From Mantamonas sphyraenae STR306 (lineage: Eukaryota; Protista; CRuMs), in assembly GCA_026936335.1 (NCBI GenBank), contig JAPMXV010000035.1, positions 311,078 to 375,077 on the forward strand: a stretch of 64,000 nucleotides of DNA. Direction: 5' to 3'. The notes beneath the pieces were generated by a model. That model did not search any database and was not told where the DNA came from. It saw nothing but the letters and a program-made list of their open reading frames with translations. Each line of letters begins with the position of its first letter. The stretch's first letter is position 1. A program made the position numbers and the translations under genes. Of the stretch, positions 35,490-45,786 are shown piece by piece.

Positions 35490-38039
35490 ATGTTTGCGAG
35501 GACCGTGCGAGCGATGGCCCCGTTGCCGAGTGCGTATGTGCCGTCAGCAGTGGAACCTGCATGGCAAAAGGCGTGGAAGGAGGGAAGTCAGGCGTTCAAG
35601 GCGGATGCGGACGGGGCGAGGGAGAAGAAGTACATCTTGTCTCAGTTCCCGTACCCGTCGGGGGACCTGCACATGGGCCACGTGCGAGTGTACACGATGA
35701 GTGACGCGCTGGCTCGGTATCACCGGATGCAGGGGAAGCATGTGTTGCATCCAATCGGATGGGATGCATTCGGGCTGCCGGCCGAAAACGCGGCGCGTGC
35801 GCGGAACCTTGATCCGGCGGCGTGGACAGAGAAGAACGTGGCGCAGATGCAACACCAGTTGGACAGGATCGGAATCCAGTTTGACTGGTCGCAGACGCTG
35901 AGCACAGCGGACCCAGGGTACTACAAGTGGACGCAGTGGTTGTTTCTTCAACTTTTCCGACGCGGGTTGGCGTACCGAAAGGAGTCGTGGATCCACTGGG
36001 ACCCTGTGGACCGGACTGTGCTTGCAAACGAACAAGTGGATGCAAACGGGCGGTCGTGGCGCAGTGGGGCCAAGGTGGAGCGACGAGAGCTGGAGCAGTG
36101 GTTCCTGAACATCACGTCGTACGCGCCGGCTCTGCTGGAGGACCTGGAGCAGCTTGTGGACACGTGGCCAAATGCTGTGCGCACGATGCAGGAAAATTGG
36201 ATCGGGCAGTCGAGTGGGACGACGGTGCACTTTGCGCTGGAAGGAGACGGGGCGCGGGCGGGTACGACGCTGGACGTGTTTACGACTGCGGTGCACACTC
36301 TGCACGCGACGACGTTTGTGGCAGTGGCACCGGAACATCCGCTGGCTGGAAATGCGCCTGTGGACACGGAGCTTCCGTTTCGGGCGAAGCATCCGACGCT
36401 GGGCACGTCTCTGCCGGTGTTTGTGTCGGAGTACGTGCTGCAAGAGTACGGAACCGGAGCGGTGATGGGAGTGCCTGCACACGACGAGAGGGACGCACGG
36501 TTTGCAGAGGCGCATGGGTTGGATGTGAGGGCAGCTGTGGACGAAGAAGAGCAGGTGCTGGTGGACTCGGGCAAGTACAGCGGGTTGTCTGTGAGCGAGG
36601 GCCACGCAGCGATCCAGGCGGATGGAGTGAAGGCCGGTTGGGCGACAGCGAGCACCCAGTACAAATTGAGGGACTGGTTGATCTCTCGGCAGAGGTACTG
36701 GGGCGCGCCGATCCCGATTGTGCACTGCGGGTCGTGCGGGCCTGTGGCGGTGCCGGAAGAGGAGTTGCCTGTGGAGCTGCCGCCGATCGAAGCGCTGCCG
36801 CAAGGAGATGGAAGTGAGACGGAGCCGAGTCAAGCGTCGCCGCTGAACCATGTGAAGGAGTGGGTGGAGGTAGAGTGCCCGGAGTGCGGGGCGGATGCAC
36901 GGCGGGACACGGACACGATGGACACGTTTGTGGACTCGTCATGGTACTTTGCGCGGTACCCAGACGCACACGACGACACACAGATCTTCTCTGCAGAGCA
37001 TGCGAATCATTGGCTGCCTGTGGACGTGTACGTGGGCGGGATCGAACACGCGATCTTGCATCTGCTGTACTCGCGGTTCATCACAAAGTTCCTGGCAGAC
37101 GAGACGACGGGCTTGACGGTGACCGAGCCGTTTGGGCGGCTGTTGACGCAGGGAATGGTGCAGGGGCGGACCTACAAGAACGCAGACACGGGCCAATACT
37201 ACCGGGCGGAGGAGGTGGAGGACGAAGGGGGTCGAGTGCGTGTGGTTGGAGACGCAGATGCGCGTGTGGATGTGGTGATGGAAAAGATGAGCAAGAGCAA
37301 ATTCAACGGGGTGGATCCTGTGGCGATGATTGACGCGCACGGGGCAGACACGACACGGCTGTTTGTGCTGTTCAAGGCACCGCCGCATCAAGAGCTGCAA
37401 TGGGACGACAGTGCGATCTCTGGGCAGCGGCGATGGCTGGATAGGCTGTGGAAGCTGGCAGCTCGGGAGGAAGAGGGCCTGAGAGAAGCACGTATGAGCC
37501 TGGACGAGCTGGTGGCGACACGTGCGGCAAAGTGGACGAACGAGGAGAAAGAGTTGGCGGTTCTTGTGCACGAGACAATCGAGAGTGTGCAAGAGACGAT
37601 GGAACAGAGCCTGAGGTTCAACACGGCGATTGCGGCGCTGATGAAACTGAGCAACGGATTGGCTGAGAGACGGGAGGCAGACCCCGCGCTTCGAGCAGCA
37701 GGTACACGTGCGTTGCTGCAGATGTTGGCACCATTTGCACCCCACTTTGCAGCAGAAGTGTGGCAGCACACCCATGGTGGCGAGGATGTGTTCAGCACGG
37801 GCTTCCCCACGGGGGTGAGGGACTTGGGGCCGCTCACGGCTGGGCGCCTGTGCGAAGTTGTTGTGCAGCTGCGTGGGAAGAAGCGAGGGGTGGTGCACGT
37901 GGAGGAGGAGGTGCTGAAGGATGAGGCGGCATTGCAGGAGGTTGTGCTTTCTCAAGAGTTTGTGCAGGCCGGGTTGGATGGGAAGGAGGTGAAGCGGGTG
38001 ATTGTGGTCAAGGGGGGAAAGCTGGTGAATGTACTGTGA
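35490..38039 (+). CDS. LARS2: Leucyl-tRNA synthetase, mitochondrial (bacterial type)
   Basis: FPYPSGDLHMGH, GWDAFGLPAENAA, DWLISRQRYWG, DTMDTFVDSSWY and KMSKS; short presequence MFARTVR. Confidence 0.96.
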   Translation: MFARTVRAMAPLPSAYVPSAVEPAWQKAWKEGSQAFKADADGAREKKYILSQFPYPSGDLHMGHVRVYTMSDALARYHRMQGKHVLHPIGWDAFGLPAENAARARNLDPAAWTEKNVAQMQHQLDRIGIQFDWSQTLSTADPGYYKWTQWLFLQLFRRGLAYRKESWIHWDPVDRTVLANEQVDANGRSWRSGAKVERRELEQWFLNITSYAPALLEDLEQLVDTWPNAVRTMQENWIGQSSGTTVHFALEGDGARAGTTLDVFTTAVHTLHATTFVAVAPEHPLAGNAPVDTELPFRAKHPTLGTSLPVFVSEYVLQEYGTGAVMGVPAHDERDARFAEAHGLDVRAAVDEEEQVLVDSGKYSGLSVSEGHAAIQADGVKAGWATASTQYKLRDWLISRQRYWGAPIPIVHCGSCGPVAVPEEELPVELPPIEALPQGDGSETEPSQASPLNHVKEWVEVECPECGADARRDTDTMDTFVDSSWYFARYPDAHDDTQIFSAEHANHWLPVDVYVGGIEHAILHLLYSRFITKFLADETTGLTVTEPFGRLLTQGMVQGRTYKNADTGQYYRAEEVEDEGGRVRVVGDADARVDVVMEKMSKSKFNGVDPVAMIDAHGADTTRLFVLFKAPPHQELQWDDSAISGQRRWLDRLWKLAAREEEGLREARMSLDELVATRAAKWTNEEKELAVLVHETIESVQETMEQSLRFNTAIAALMKLSNGLAERREADPALRAAGTRALLQMLAPFAPHFAAEVWQHTHGGEDVFSTGFPTGVRDLGPLTAGRLCEVVVQLRGKKRGVVHVEEEVLKDEAALQEVVLSQEFVQAGLDGKEVKRVIVVKGGKLVNVL

Positions 38040-38045
38040 TGTGAT

Positions 38046-39260
38046 TTAGGTGGACGATGAATGAGCGGATGGGCTTGCGGGAGAGACGCGTTGGCGTTTT
38101 GAGTCGGGCAGGGACGGGGACGGGGACGGGGACGGGGATTTCCTTTTTGTGGTGGGGGAGGAGGAGGCGGTGCGTTTGGGAACGGGTTTGAGGGAGATGC
38201 GGCGCTTGCGTTCCCATTCGATGGTGCGGCGGAAGTAGGCAGACTCTTCGGCCTTGTTCATGATGGAGATTGTGTATGGAAAGCGGTCGGACTCGGCGAC
38301 GAGATAGAGGGCGGCTTCGGGACGGTGCACGCGGAGAATGGCCCAGTCCGTGCCTGGGCGGCGTTCAACCCACGTGAGAGGGAGAATGGGGGCGAGTTGT
38401 GATTGGATGGTGGCGCGGGTGTCCTCTTGAGGGACATTGTCGAGTCGAAGGACACAGCCAGTGCGGAGGTGTACGAGGCGGGCAACGCGAATACCCTGGG
38501 TTTGGAGGAGATAGTCATGGCGGTTGTTGATGGCATAGATCTGTTTGCGAAGTTGGGCGAGTTGTTGGCCAAAGGCGGCCCAGTCAGGCTTGCTGATGGC
38601 ACGGAGCGGGCGTCCGTGGGTGGCACGTACGATGAGGCGAAGGAGGCGGACATTGACGCCCTTGACAGACATACTCTTGAGCAAGCGATGCTCTTCGGCG
38701 TTGGGGTCCTTGGTGGCCCATGGGAGGGCATCAGAGTTGTCGTGGAGGGCGGCGACGGCGGTTGCGACGGCGTCGGGGCTGTCGAGCTCGACAAAGGCAA
38801 AGCCTTGGCTTCGGGTGGTGGAGCCATCGAGGTGTGGGAGGCTGACATAGGCGACGGAGCCATACGGGGCACAGAGGGCGGCGACGGCATCTGTGTTTGC
38901 GTCGAGGGGCAGGTTCTCGAGGTAGAGAGTGCGCGCGTCGATGACGGCGTCGTCAGCAGGCTGAAAGGGCTGTGTACGACGCACGCGACGTCCGTCGTCG
39001 CTGAGCTCGAGCTTGTTGCTGTGGCGCAGGGCTTTTGTGATGGACTTGAGTTTGGTGGTGATGCTGGCGAGTTTGTTGAAAGCTAGAAACTCTCGAATCT
39101 CGATCCAGCCATCTTCGGAGGCGTCGACGAGCTTACGGGTGAAGCCGTCGCGGTTGAGGTTGGCGTCGGAGAGGTAGAACTCGATTTGGGAGACGATTTT
39201 TTGCTGGAAGGGAGGGAGGGAGGAGGAGGAGGAGGAGGAGGAGGAGGAGGAGGAGGACAT
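38046..39260 (-). CDS. La-motif + RRM protein, LARP7-like
   Basis: QIEFYLSDANLNRDGF, FNKL, LELSDDGRRVRR; RRM (TLYLENLP...GFAFVE); C-terminal xRRM-like segment (GCVLRL...EESAYF). Confidence 0.8.
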   Translation of the reverse strand: MSSSSSSSSSSSSSLPPFQQKIVSQIEFYLSDANLNRDGFTRKLVDASEDGWIEIREFLAFNKLASITTKLKSITKALRHSNKLELSDDGRRVRRTQPFQPADDAVIDARTLYLENLPLDANTDAVAALCAPYGSVAYVSLPHLDGSTTRSQGFAFVELDSPDAVATAVAALHDNSDALPWATKDPNAEEHRLLKSMSVKGVNVRLLRLIVRATHGRPLRAISKPDWAAFGQQLAQLRKQIYAINNRHDYLLQTQGIRVARLVHLRTGCVLRLDNVPQEDTRATIQSQLAPILPLTWVERRPGTDWAILRVHRPEAALYLVAESDRFPYTISIMNKAEESAYFRRTIEWERKRRISLKPVPKRTASSSPTTKRKSPSPSPSPSLPDSKRQRVSPASPSAHSSST

Positions 39261-39327
39261 GGTGGGGTTGGTGCTGGTTGGGTGGGATGGGGCGGGGCGT
39301 GGGGCGCGGGTGTGGCCAAGAGAAGAA

Positions 39328-40398
39328 ATGATCACGTGGGAGTCTGCTTATCCAGTGACTATCTTTTTGGTGGTGATTGGCACGCTGCTGTATCTGCGTC
39401 TGGGATGGATCTGGGCCAAGCCGTCGCGTCCGGCAGAGGCATGGCCCAAGGCGGAAGGGAACCTGGCGGTGGTGGTGACGGGCAGCTCGACAGGCATTGG
39501 GCGTCACACAACGCTGGCATTGGCAAAACTGAACTACCAGGTGTTTGCTACGGTGCGGAAGGAGGCGGATGCAGAGTCGCTGCGGGCGGAAGGCGGAGAA
39601 AACGTGCACCCTGTGCTGATGGATGTGGCGGACCTGGAGGCAGTGGCAAGGGGTGCAAAGGACGTGGGGGCAGAGTGTGAGAAGAACGGGTGGGCGCTGG
39701 TGAGCGTGGTGGCAAACGCAGGAATTGCGGTGGGAGGGCCGCTGGAGGTGCTGGCGGCAGACAAGGTGGAGAGGCAGTTCCGTGTGAACGTGTTTGGTCT
39801 GCTGGCAACAGTGCGCGAGTTTAGTCCGCTGCTGCGTGCGGCAAAGGCAGTGACGGCATTCAAGCCTCGCGTGGTGTTGGTGTCGTCGGTGGCCGGGCGG
39901 CTGGCGTCGCCGCTGGTGGGCATCTATGCAGCAAGCAAACATGCAGTGGAGGCGATTGGAGACGCTCTTCGCCACGAGTATGCACTGACGGACGGGCCGG
40001 GCGTGGTGGTTGTGGAGCCGGGGCGTGTGTTGACGGCGATCTGGGACACGTCGTTTGATGAAGGACGTCGCACGCTGGATGAGCTGGACGAGTATGGAAA
40101 GGGTCTGTACCAGGAGCTGGGCAACGCAGTGTTGACGACAGTGGAGAAGGAGACGCTTGCGCCCGGTGGGTCGCTGCCTGTGGACAAGGCGATGCCGTAC
40201 ATGTTGGATGCAGTGCTTCTGCCGCAGCCTCCGCGTAGGATCATGATTGGTACGGATGCCAAGGTGAAGAACACGTTGCGTTTGTTGTTGGGCGACCGTT
40301 TGATGGACGGATTGGTGCAGAGCACGTTGGCCAAGATGATTGCCAAGGCTGGCGAAGGCAAGGGGAATGAGAAGGGCAAGGGAAAGAAGAGGGAGTAG
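39328..40398 (+). CDS. Short-chain dehydrogenase/reductase with N-terminal membrane anchor (RDH/BDH-like)
   Basis: TGSSTGIG, NAG and YAASK motifs; hydrophobic N-terminus. Confidence 0.92.
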   Translation: MITWESAYPVTIFLVVIGTLLYLRLGWIWAKPSRPAEAWPKAEGNLAVVVTGSSTGIGRHTTLALAKLNYQVFATVRKEADAESLRAEGGENVHPVLMDVADLEAVARGAKDVGAECEKNGWALVSVVANAGIAVGGPLEVLAADKVERQFRVNVFGLLATVREFSPLLRAAKAVTAFKPRVVLVSSVAGRLASPLVGIYAASKHAVEAIGDALRHEYALTDGPGVVVVEPGRVLTAIWDTSFDEGRRTLDELDEYGKGLYQELGNAVLTTVEKETLAPGGSLPVDKAMPYMLDAVLLPQPPRRIMIGTDAKVKNTLRLLLGDRLMDGLVQSTLAKMIAKAGEGKGNEKGKGKKRE

Positions 40399-40517
40399 GG
40401 GAGGAGTGAGGAAGGAGTGGGGAAGGAGTGGGGAAGGAGTGGGAAGGGTGGAGGGAGAAACACAAAATAAGAAGAGGATGGATTGCTGGATTGCGGTTGA
40501 GTCGTGCGTTTTCATTG

Positions 40518-43500
40518 TCAGAGCTCGGCATCTGCAGTGGCATCCTTGCTTTCGCTGGCCTCATCTTCGAGGATTCCGCGAAGAGTTTCGCCCATGGCGG
40601 AGATCTCTTCGTCGGTGACGGGCACGGTCTCGACCTCGTCGCGCCGCCTGGCGGCCTGTTCTTGGGCCTCGCGTACCTTTCGCTCGGCCTCCCTCTTTGC
40701 CTCTTCCTCCTTCATGGCCTTGGCCTTGCGGGCACGCTCTTCTGCCTCGACCTGGAGGCGGCCGATGGTGTTGTTGCCAGCAAGGAAAGACTGGATGGAG
40801 CCGACGCCGGCATTTGCGGCCATGGTGCGCTGCAGCAGCTTGAATTCTGCACTTCCGAGGGCGTCTGTGTCCTGGGAAAGCTCGATGGTGGCGCCCTCGG
40901 GCATGCGGAGGAACTGGCGGTAGATGGAGCGGCGTCCGTCGAGCTCGACGTTCCAAATGACCATGTGGACGGCCGTCTCTTTGCGCATGCGGCGGCCGTT
41001 GATATACACATAGTCGTCGTCGTTGTCGCTGCCGCTGCGTTTGTTGTTGTTGTTGCCACGTTTGCGGTTGTCCTTTTTCGGTTTGCGTGTGCTGTTGCGT
41101 GTGCTACCGGTGCTGCTGACGCTGGCGGGCAGAAGTGGTTCGTCTTCGCCCCAGCCGTCTTGGTCGTCGTCCTCGAGGTCGTCCCACTCGGTGCCCTTTG
41201 TGCCACGGCGGATGTCGTCGGTTTCGACGACAAACTCAAAGTGCTCGACGACGGTGCGCCTGCGGGTGCCCTTTTCGCCGCGCCAGCGTTCGGCGCGAGC
41301 AAAGATGCGGCGGAGGGTGGACATGGGCACCTCGTTGTCGAGGGGCACAAAGAAGCGCGTCTCGTCCATATTGAGGCGGAAAAAGACGTCGAGCATGCGG
41401 CCGTTCATGTGGACGGAGAGGATGTAGTTGTAAAAGACAATGGCGCTGACGGCAAACATGACAAAGTAGAGGACGAGGACGAGAAAGACGCCCACGGCGC
41501 CGCTGTTTTCGTGGAGGAGAAAGTGCTGGTAGAGTTTGAAGGCGTCGCCAAAGTAGTTTTCGGTGGCGAGGTCGACAATGAAAATGAGGAGCGGGTCGAG
41601 GAGAGTGGCGATGCCAAAGCAGAGGAGGAGGCGTGAGAGGGTGTCTGGGATGCCTGTGGCGAGGTTCTGGACGGCAAGGGCACAGGCGCTAAAGATGGAA
41701 AAGATGATGAGGTTGAAAAAGGGCCCGGCGAGGATGGCGCCGATCTCGATGTAGGTGGGGACGACTTCCCATAGGTAGCTGAGGCGGATGGTGTATGCAA
41801 AGACGGCAAACTCTGAGATGGGAACGCGAAAGAGGTAGAGGAAGCACCACTGGCCAAAGTAGTGGGTGAAGAGGCGGAGCCAGAAGACGACGAGAAGCAT
41901 GAGCATGGTGAGCCAAAAGTCTGGGGTGCGCCAGCGGGTGGGCCCAAACTCGAGGAGGAGCTCGCGGCGGATGTACTCGACCTTTTTGGCAGCCTCGCGG
42001 CGTTCGAGGGCGCCCTTGGGCTGGGGAACGGAGAAGCGGAAGCGCTCGAGGACCTGTGCGCTGGTGAGCTTTGCGCCGCGTGCGCGCTTGCGTTGGGCGT
42101 ATTTTTGGTGCTTGTTGAAGACGGAGTAGGCCTCGTTGGTGGCGGAAAACTCGAGGGCGGTGCCCTGGTGGAGAATGAAAGCGAGCTGCTCGTTCTGCTC
42201 CTTGATCTGTTCGCTGGAGTCGGCTTTGAGATCAAACTTGAGGCGGTGTTTGAGGGTGGCCATGCGGGCGCGAATAGACTTGCTGCGGGCCTCCTGGGTG
42301 AGCTTCTTGTCAGCGCCAGCGGCGGCGGCGGCGGGAGTTTGGCCGAGTTGTTCCTTGTCAAAAAAGCCGGCAGGGGCAGAGGAGGTAGAGTCTGCAAGGC
42401 CCACGCCTGCGCCAGACTGTGGATTGTCGTGGTGGTGGTGGTCGTCGTCTGGATTTTGTGGGTCGTCGTTGAGGTCTGTGTCGCTGAGGTCGCCGTCCTG
42501 CTCGAGGGCGGCGTCTGCGAGGGAGCGTGAAAAGGCCTCTTCGCGGTCGCGGTCGGGGTGACCAAGGAGGGCAGAGGTGTAGTCGAGCATGACTTCGTAC
42601 TCCATCTGGCCGGCCTGGTAGCGAGGGAGGTGGACGACCTCAAAGTAGAGGTTTGCGAGCCAGTTCTCGAGATTGTCTGCGTAGGCGCGTTCGTAGGCAC
42701 GGTGTGTGTCTACGCCGAGGTCGATCTCACCGCGGACAAGAGGGACCTTGAACTTGCCGCGGATGACGTCAAACTTGGGGTCGCTGACGGGAAAGGCGCC
42801 CCAGGCGACGACTTGGTCGAGGTCTGCGGCGCGGCCCTTGAGCATAAAGAGCTCAAAGATGAAGACCATGGAGGGGCGCATGTCGCGCTTGGAGGGACAG
42901 ACGGTGTAGACGGACTGGTCGAAGCGGAGCTCGAGATCCTCGAAGCGGCCTGAGTGTTTGACGGGCCGTGTGGCGCCGTACCACTCGTGGCCCTTGAGGT
43001 TGCTCCAACGCATGCTCTGGCCGCCGAGGCGGTCAAACATGGAGACGAGAAGGACGTACTTGCCTGGGAGGACCTTGTCCTTTGCGGCGCGGAGCATCTC
43101 GAGGCGGAGCTGGATGGGCTGGGGCGTGTCTTTCCACTCGACGTGGTAGTGCTTCTTGGCCTGAAAGACGCCGGATTTGTCGTCGTAGGCGAGTTCACCA
43201 AACTTTTCGACGACCTGGCCGCGGCGTTCGTCGAGCTTCGCCTTGAGCTGGTCCTCTGTGCGCTCAAAGGTCTCGTGCATTTGTTTGCTCCGATTGCGGT
43301 CGAGATGGACCTGTGTGAGGTAGTCCTTGTGGTAGCGGTCCTTCTCCTCCTTGAGATGAGTCTGTAGGCGCTCGCGTGCGAGCAGCTCCTGCTTCTCGAC
43401 GGCGCGTTGGCGCTCGCGAAAGGCGTACATCTCGCGGTCGGCCTCTGCGGCGCGCTCCTCTTCCATCCTTCGCTCCTGCTCCTCGAGGTCGGCGACGTCG

Positions 43501-44265
43501 AGGCGGCCGACGACGAGGGAGGTCTCACTGGCTTCGGTGTCAAAGATTTCTGTGTACTTTGGCATTCGGCGGTTCTGTGGGTGTGTGGCAGGGAGGCGAG
43601 GCGGGATAACGGTACGGGGAAGGAAAAACGGCTGGGGTGAGCGGCAAGCGGGAGGGTGTAGGGGGTTGTGGAGAGTGCGGTTGGAGGATATGGTGTGGGA
43701 GGAGTAGGGGTGTTGTCGGGGCGAGGGGGTGGAGGGAGTGTGTGCAGCGTACCTTGATGCGGTTCTTGAGTTGCTGTGCCTTTTTGCGGCGGTCGGCTTG
43801 GAGCTTTTCGATGGGACCCTTGAGGACCTGGACAAAGTCTTCGGGGTCTGAGTCTGGGTGGGCATGTGCGGATGGAGAGGGCCTGCGTCTGGAGGGGCGG
43901 CCAGGGGAGGACTGGTACTGTGCAAGGAGCCTGCGGGTGTCTGAGTTGATGTCGTCGTGGTCGGCGGGGTGGTCGTTGTCGGCAGACGGGAGGGAGGAGG
44001 AAGAGGAGGGTTGGGGAGGGTTGGAGGGAGAGGAGGAGTGGGAAGAGGATGACGAGGAGGAGGAGGTGTGTGGTGTGGTTGTGGAGGAGCTGGGGAGGGC
44101 TGTGGGGAGGTCTGGCATGCGAGGGACGGTGGGGAGCGAAGTGGTGTTGAGGGTCTGCATCTCGACGTGCTCGCGGGTATTTGTGTGATCCTCCTGCCTG
44201 TCGGTGCCAGACTCTCGCACAGTGGTGGGGCGACCGTGTGCGGGGAGGACTGGAAGCTGTTGCAT
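40518..44265 (-). CDS. OFCC1 (ojoplano)-like multi-pass membrane protein (exons 44265-43753, 43574-40518)
   Basis: Coiled coil, then [21 protein letters not shown]...LFELF...VVAWGAFP, several TM helices and HMNGRMLD...FFVPLDNE...[10 protein letters not shown]. Phase-0 intron. Family call from memory. Confidence 0.72.
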
Positions 44266-44344
44266 GCGAGGAGTCGGAGTAGGTTTTTTGGGGTTGGCGA
44301 GGGAGCGGGGGCGGAGGCACGGAAAGAAGGGAGTCGTTGGGCAG

Positions 44345-45396
44345 ATGGGCAAGTCGGGCAAAGCAAACCATCGGGGCAAGGGTAAAGGTGGAGGCCAGGG
44401 AGGGTTTTCAGGGAAGGGCAAGGGTCAACGGAAGGGAGGGCCGCGTACGAATCACGGGTCGAGCACGACGGCCGGGACGGTGGTGGAGAACACGGGGCTG
44501 AGGTTAGCGATGTGGGACTTTGGGCAATGTGACGCGAAGCGATGCACGGGGCGGAAACTGTGCCGACAGGGTCTGTTGTACGAGCTGAAGCTGTCGCAGA
44601 GGTTCGGCGGACTGATTCTCTCGCCAGACGGGGAGCAGGCGGTGTCGCCTGCGGACCGGGAGCTTGTGGAGGGATCTGGTGTGGCGGTGGTGGATTGTTC
44701 GTGGGCAAAGATTGCGGATATTCCGTGGGGGAAGATGCAAGGAGGGCAGCCACGGTTGTGTGAGTTGGAGGGGGGGATGGGATTAGAGGGGGGGGGGGGG
44801 TGGAGGGTGACTGACACGGTTGCACGGTGCAGTGCCGTTCTTGGTGGCAGCGAATCCAGTGAATTATGGAAAGCCGATGCGGTTGACGTGTGCAGAGGCG
44901 GTGGCTGCGACGCTGTATATTACAGGGTTTCCAGAGGCGGCAGACAAGCTGATGAATCAGTTTAAGTGGGGGCCTGTGTTTTATCAGCTGAACGAGAGGT
45001 TGTTGGAGCAGTATGCAGGGTGTGCGGACAGTGGAGAGGTGGTTGCAGTGCAGATGGAGTACTTGGAGGAGGTTCGGGAGGAGCAGGAGAGGAGGCAGAG
45101 GGAGAAGGAGGAGAGGTTGGCTGGTGGGGAGGATGGAGGGATTGAGGAGGATGAGATGGGGAGTTTGAATCATCGGATGGGGAGGTTGAAGTGGAGGGGA
45201 GGGGAAGAGGGAGGAGGGGGTGGAGGGGGAGGAAGGGGAGGAAGGGGAGGAAGGGGAGGAAGAGGGGAGGAGGAAGAGGGGGAGAGAGGAGGATGATGTG
45301 GTGGTGATCTTGGCGGAGGAGGAAGGGGAGGAAGGGGAGGAGGGGGAGGAGGAGGATGTGGTGGTGATCTTGGCGGAGGAAGAAGGGGAGGAATGA
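44345..45396 (+). CDS. TSR3: 18S rRNA aminocarboxypropyltransferase Tsr3 (intron 44760-44832; 3' end uncertain, 45296 or 45396)
   Basis: [24 protein letters not shown]|[15 protein letters not shown] and FKWG; purine-rich tail with probable indels. Confidence 0.92.
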
Positions 45397-45421
45397 AGGT
45401 TGCGGTTGCATTGCACGGGGA

Positions 45422-45745
45422 CTACTCGTGAGGGAGGGCGTGGAGAAGGATGGAGGCGAGGGAGCCGTGGGTGTGCTGGAGGATGAGGGCGTCAGAGGGG
45501 CGTGTGACGCCAAGGGCGGCGAGTGCGGCGTCGGCTTGGTCGTCGGGAGTGTGGTGGCGGGAGACGGCGTGCCAGAAGGAGGTTTCCATGGCGTCTGCGT
45601 GTTGGGAGACGAGGCGGAGTTGGCGGAGGGCCGTGGTCGGGGCAGACGGGGAGTTTGCTCGAAATCGGACGGGGATCAGGATTTGGTCTGCGTCGAACTG
45701 GGAGGCAAGGATGTGCTGGAGAGAGGTGCAGGAGTAGGAGTCCAT
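45422..45745 (-). CDS. Hypothetical 107-aa protein
   Basis: ATG-started ORF that exactly fills the gap between TSR3 and the protease; no recognisable motif. Confidence 0.4.
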   Translation of the reverse strand: MDSYSCTSLQHILASQFDADQILIPVRFRANSPSAPTTALRQLRLVSQHADAMETSFWHAVSRHHTPDDQADAALAALGVTRPSDALILQHTHGSLASILLHALPHE

Positions 45746-45786
45746 GGTGTGGGCGGGAGTTTGCGTGTGGTGTGTGTTGTGTTGGA

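Noticed and set aside
43575-45416. Pro-rich first ~600 aa of the 1632-aa ORF
   Set aside because: It is an antisense shadow of TSR3 plus an intron and an off-frame exon, kept open by the strand skew.
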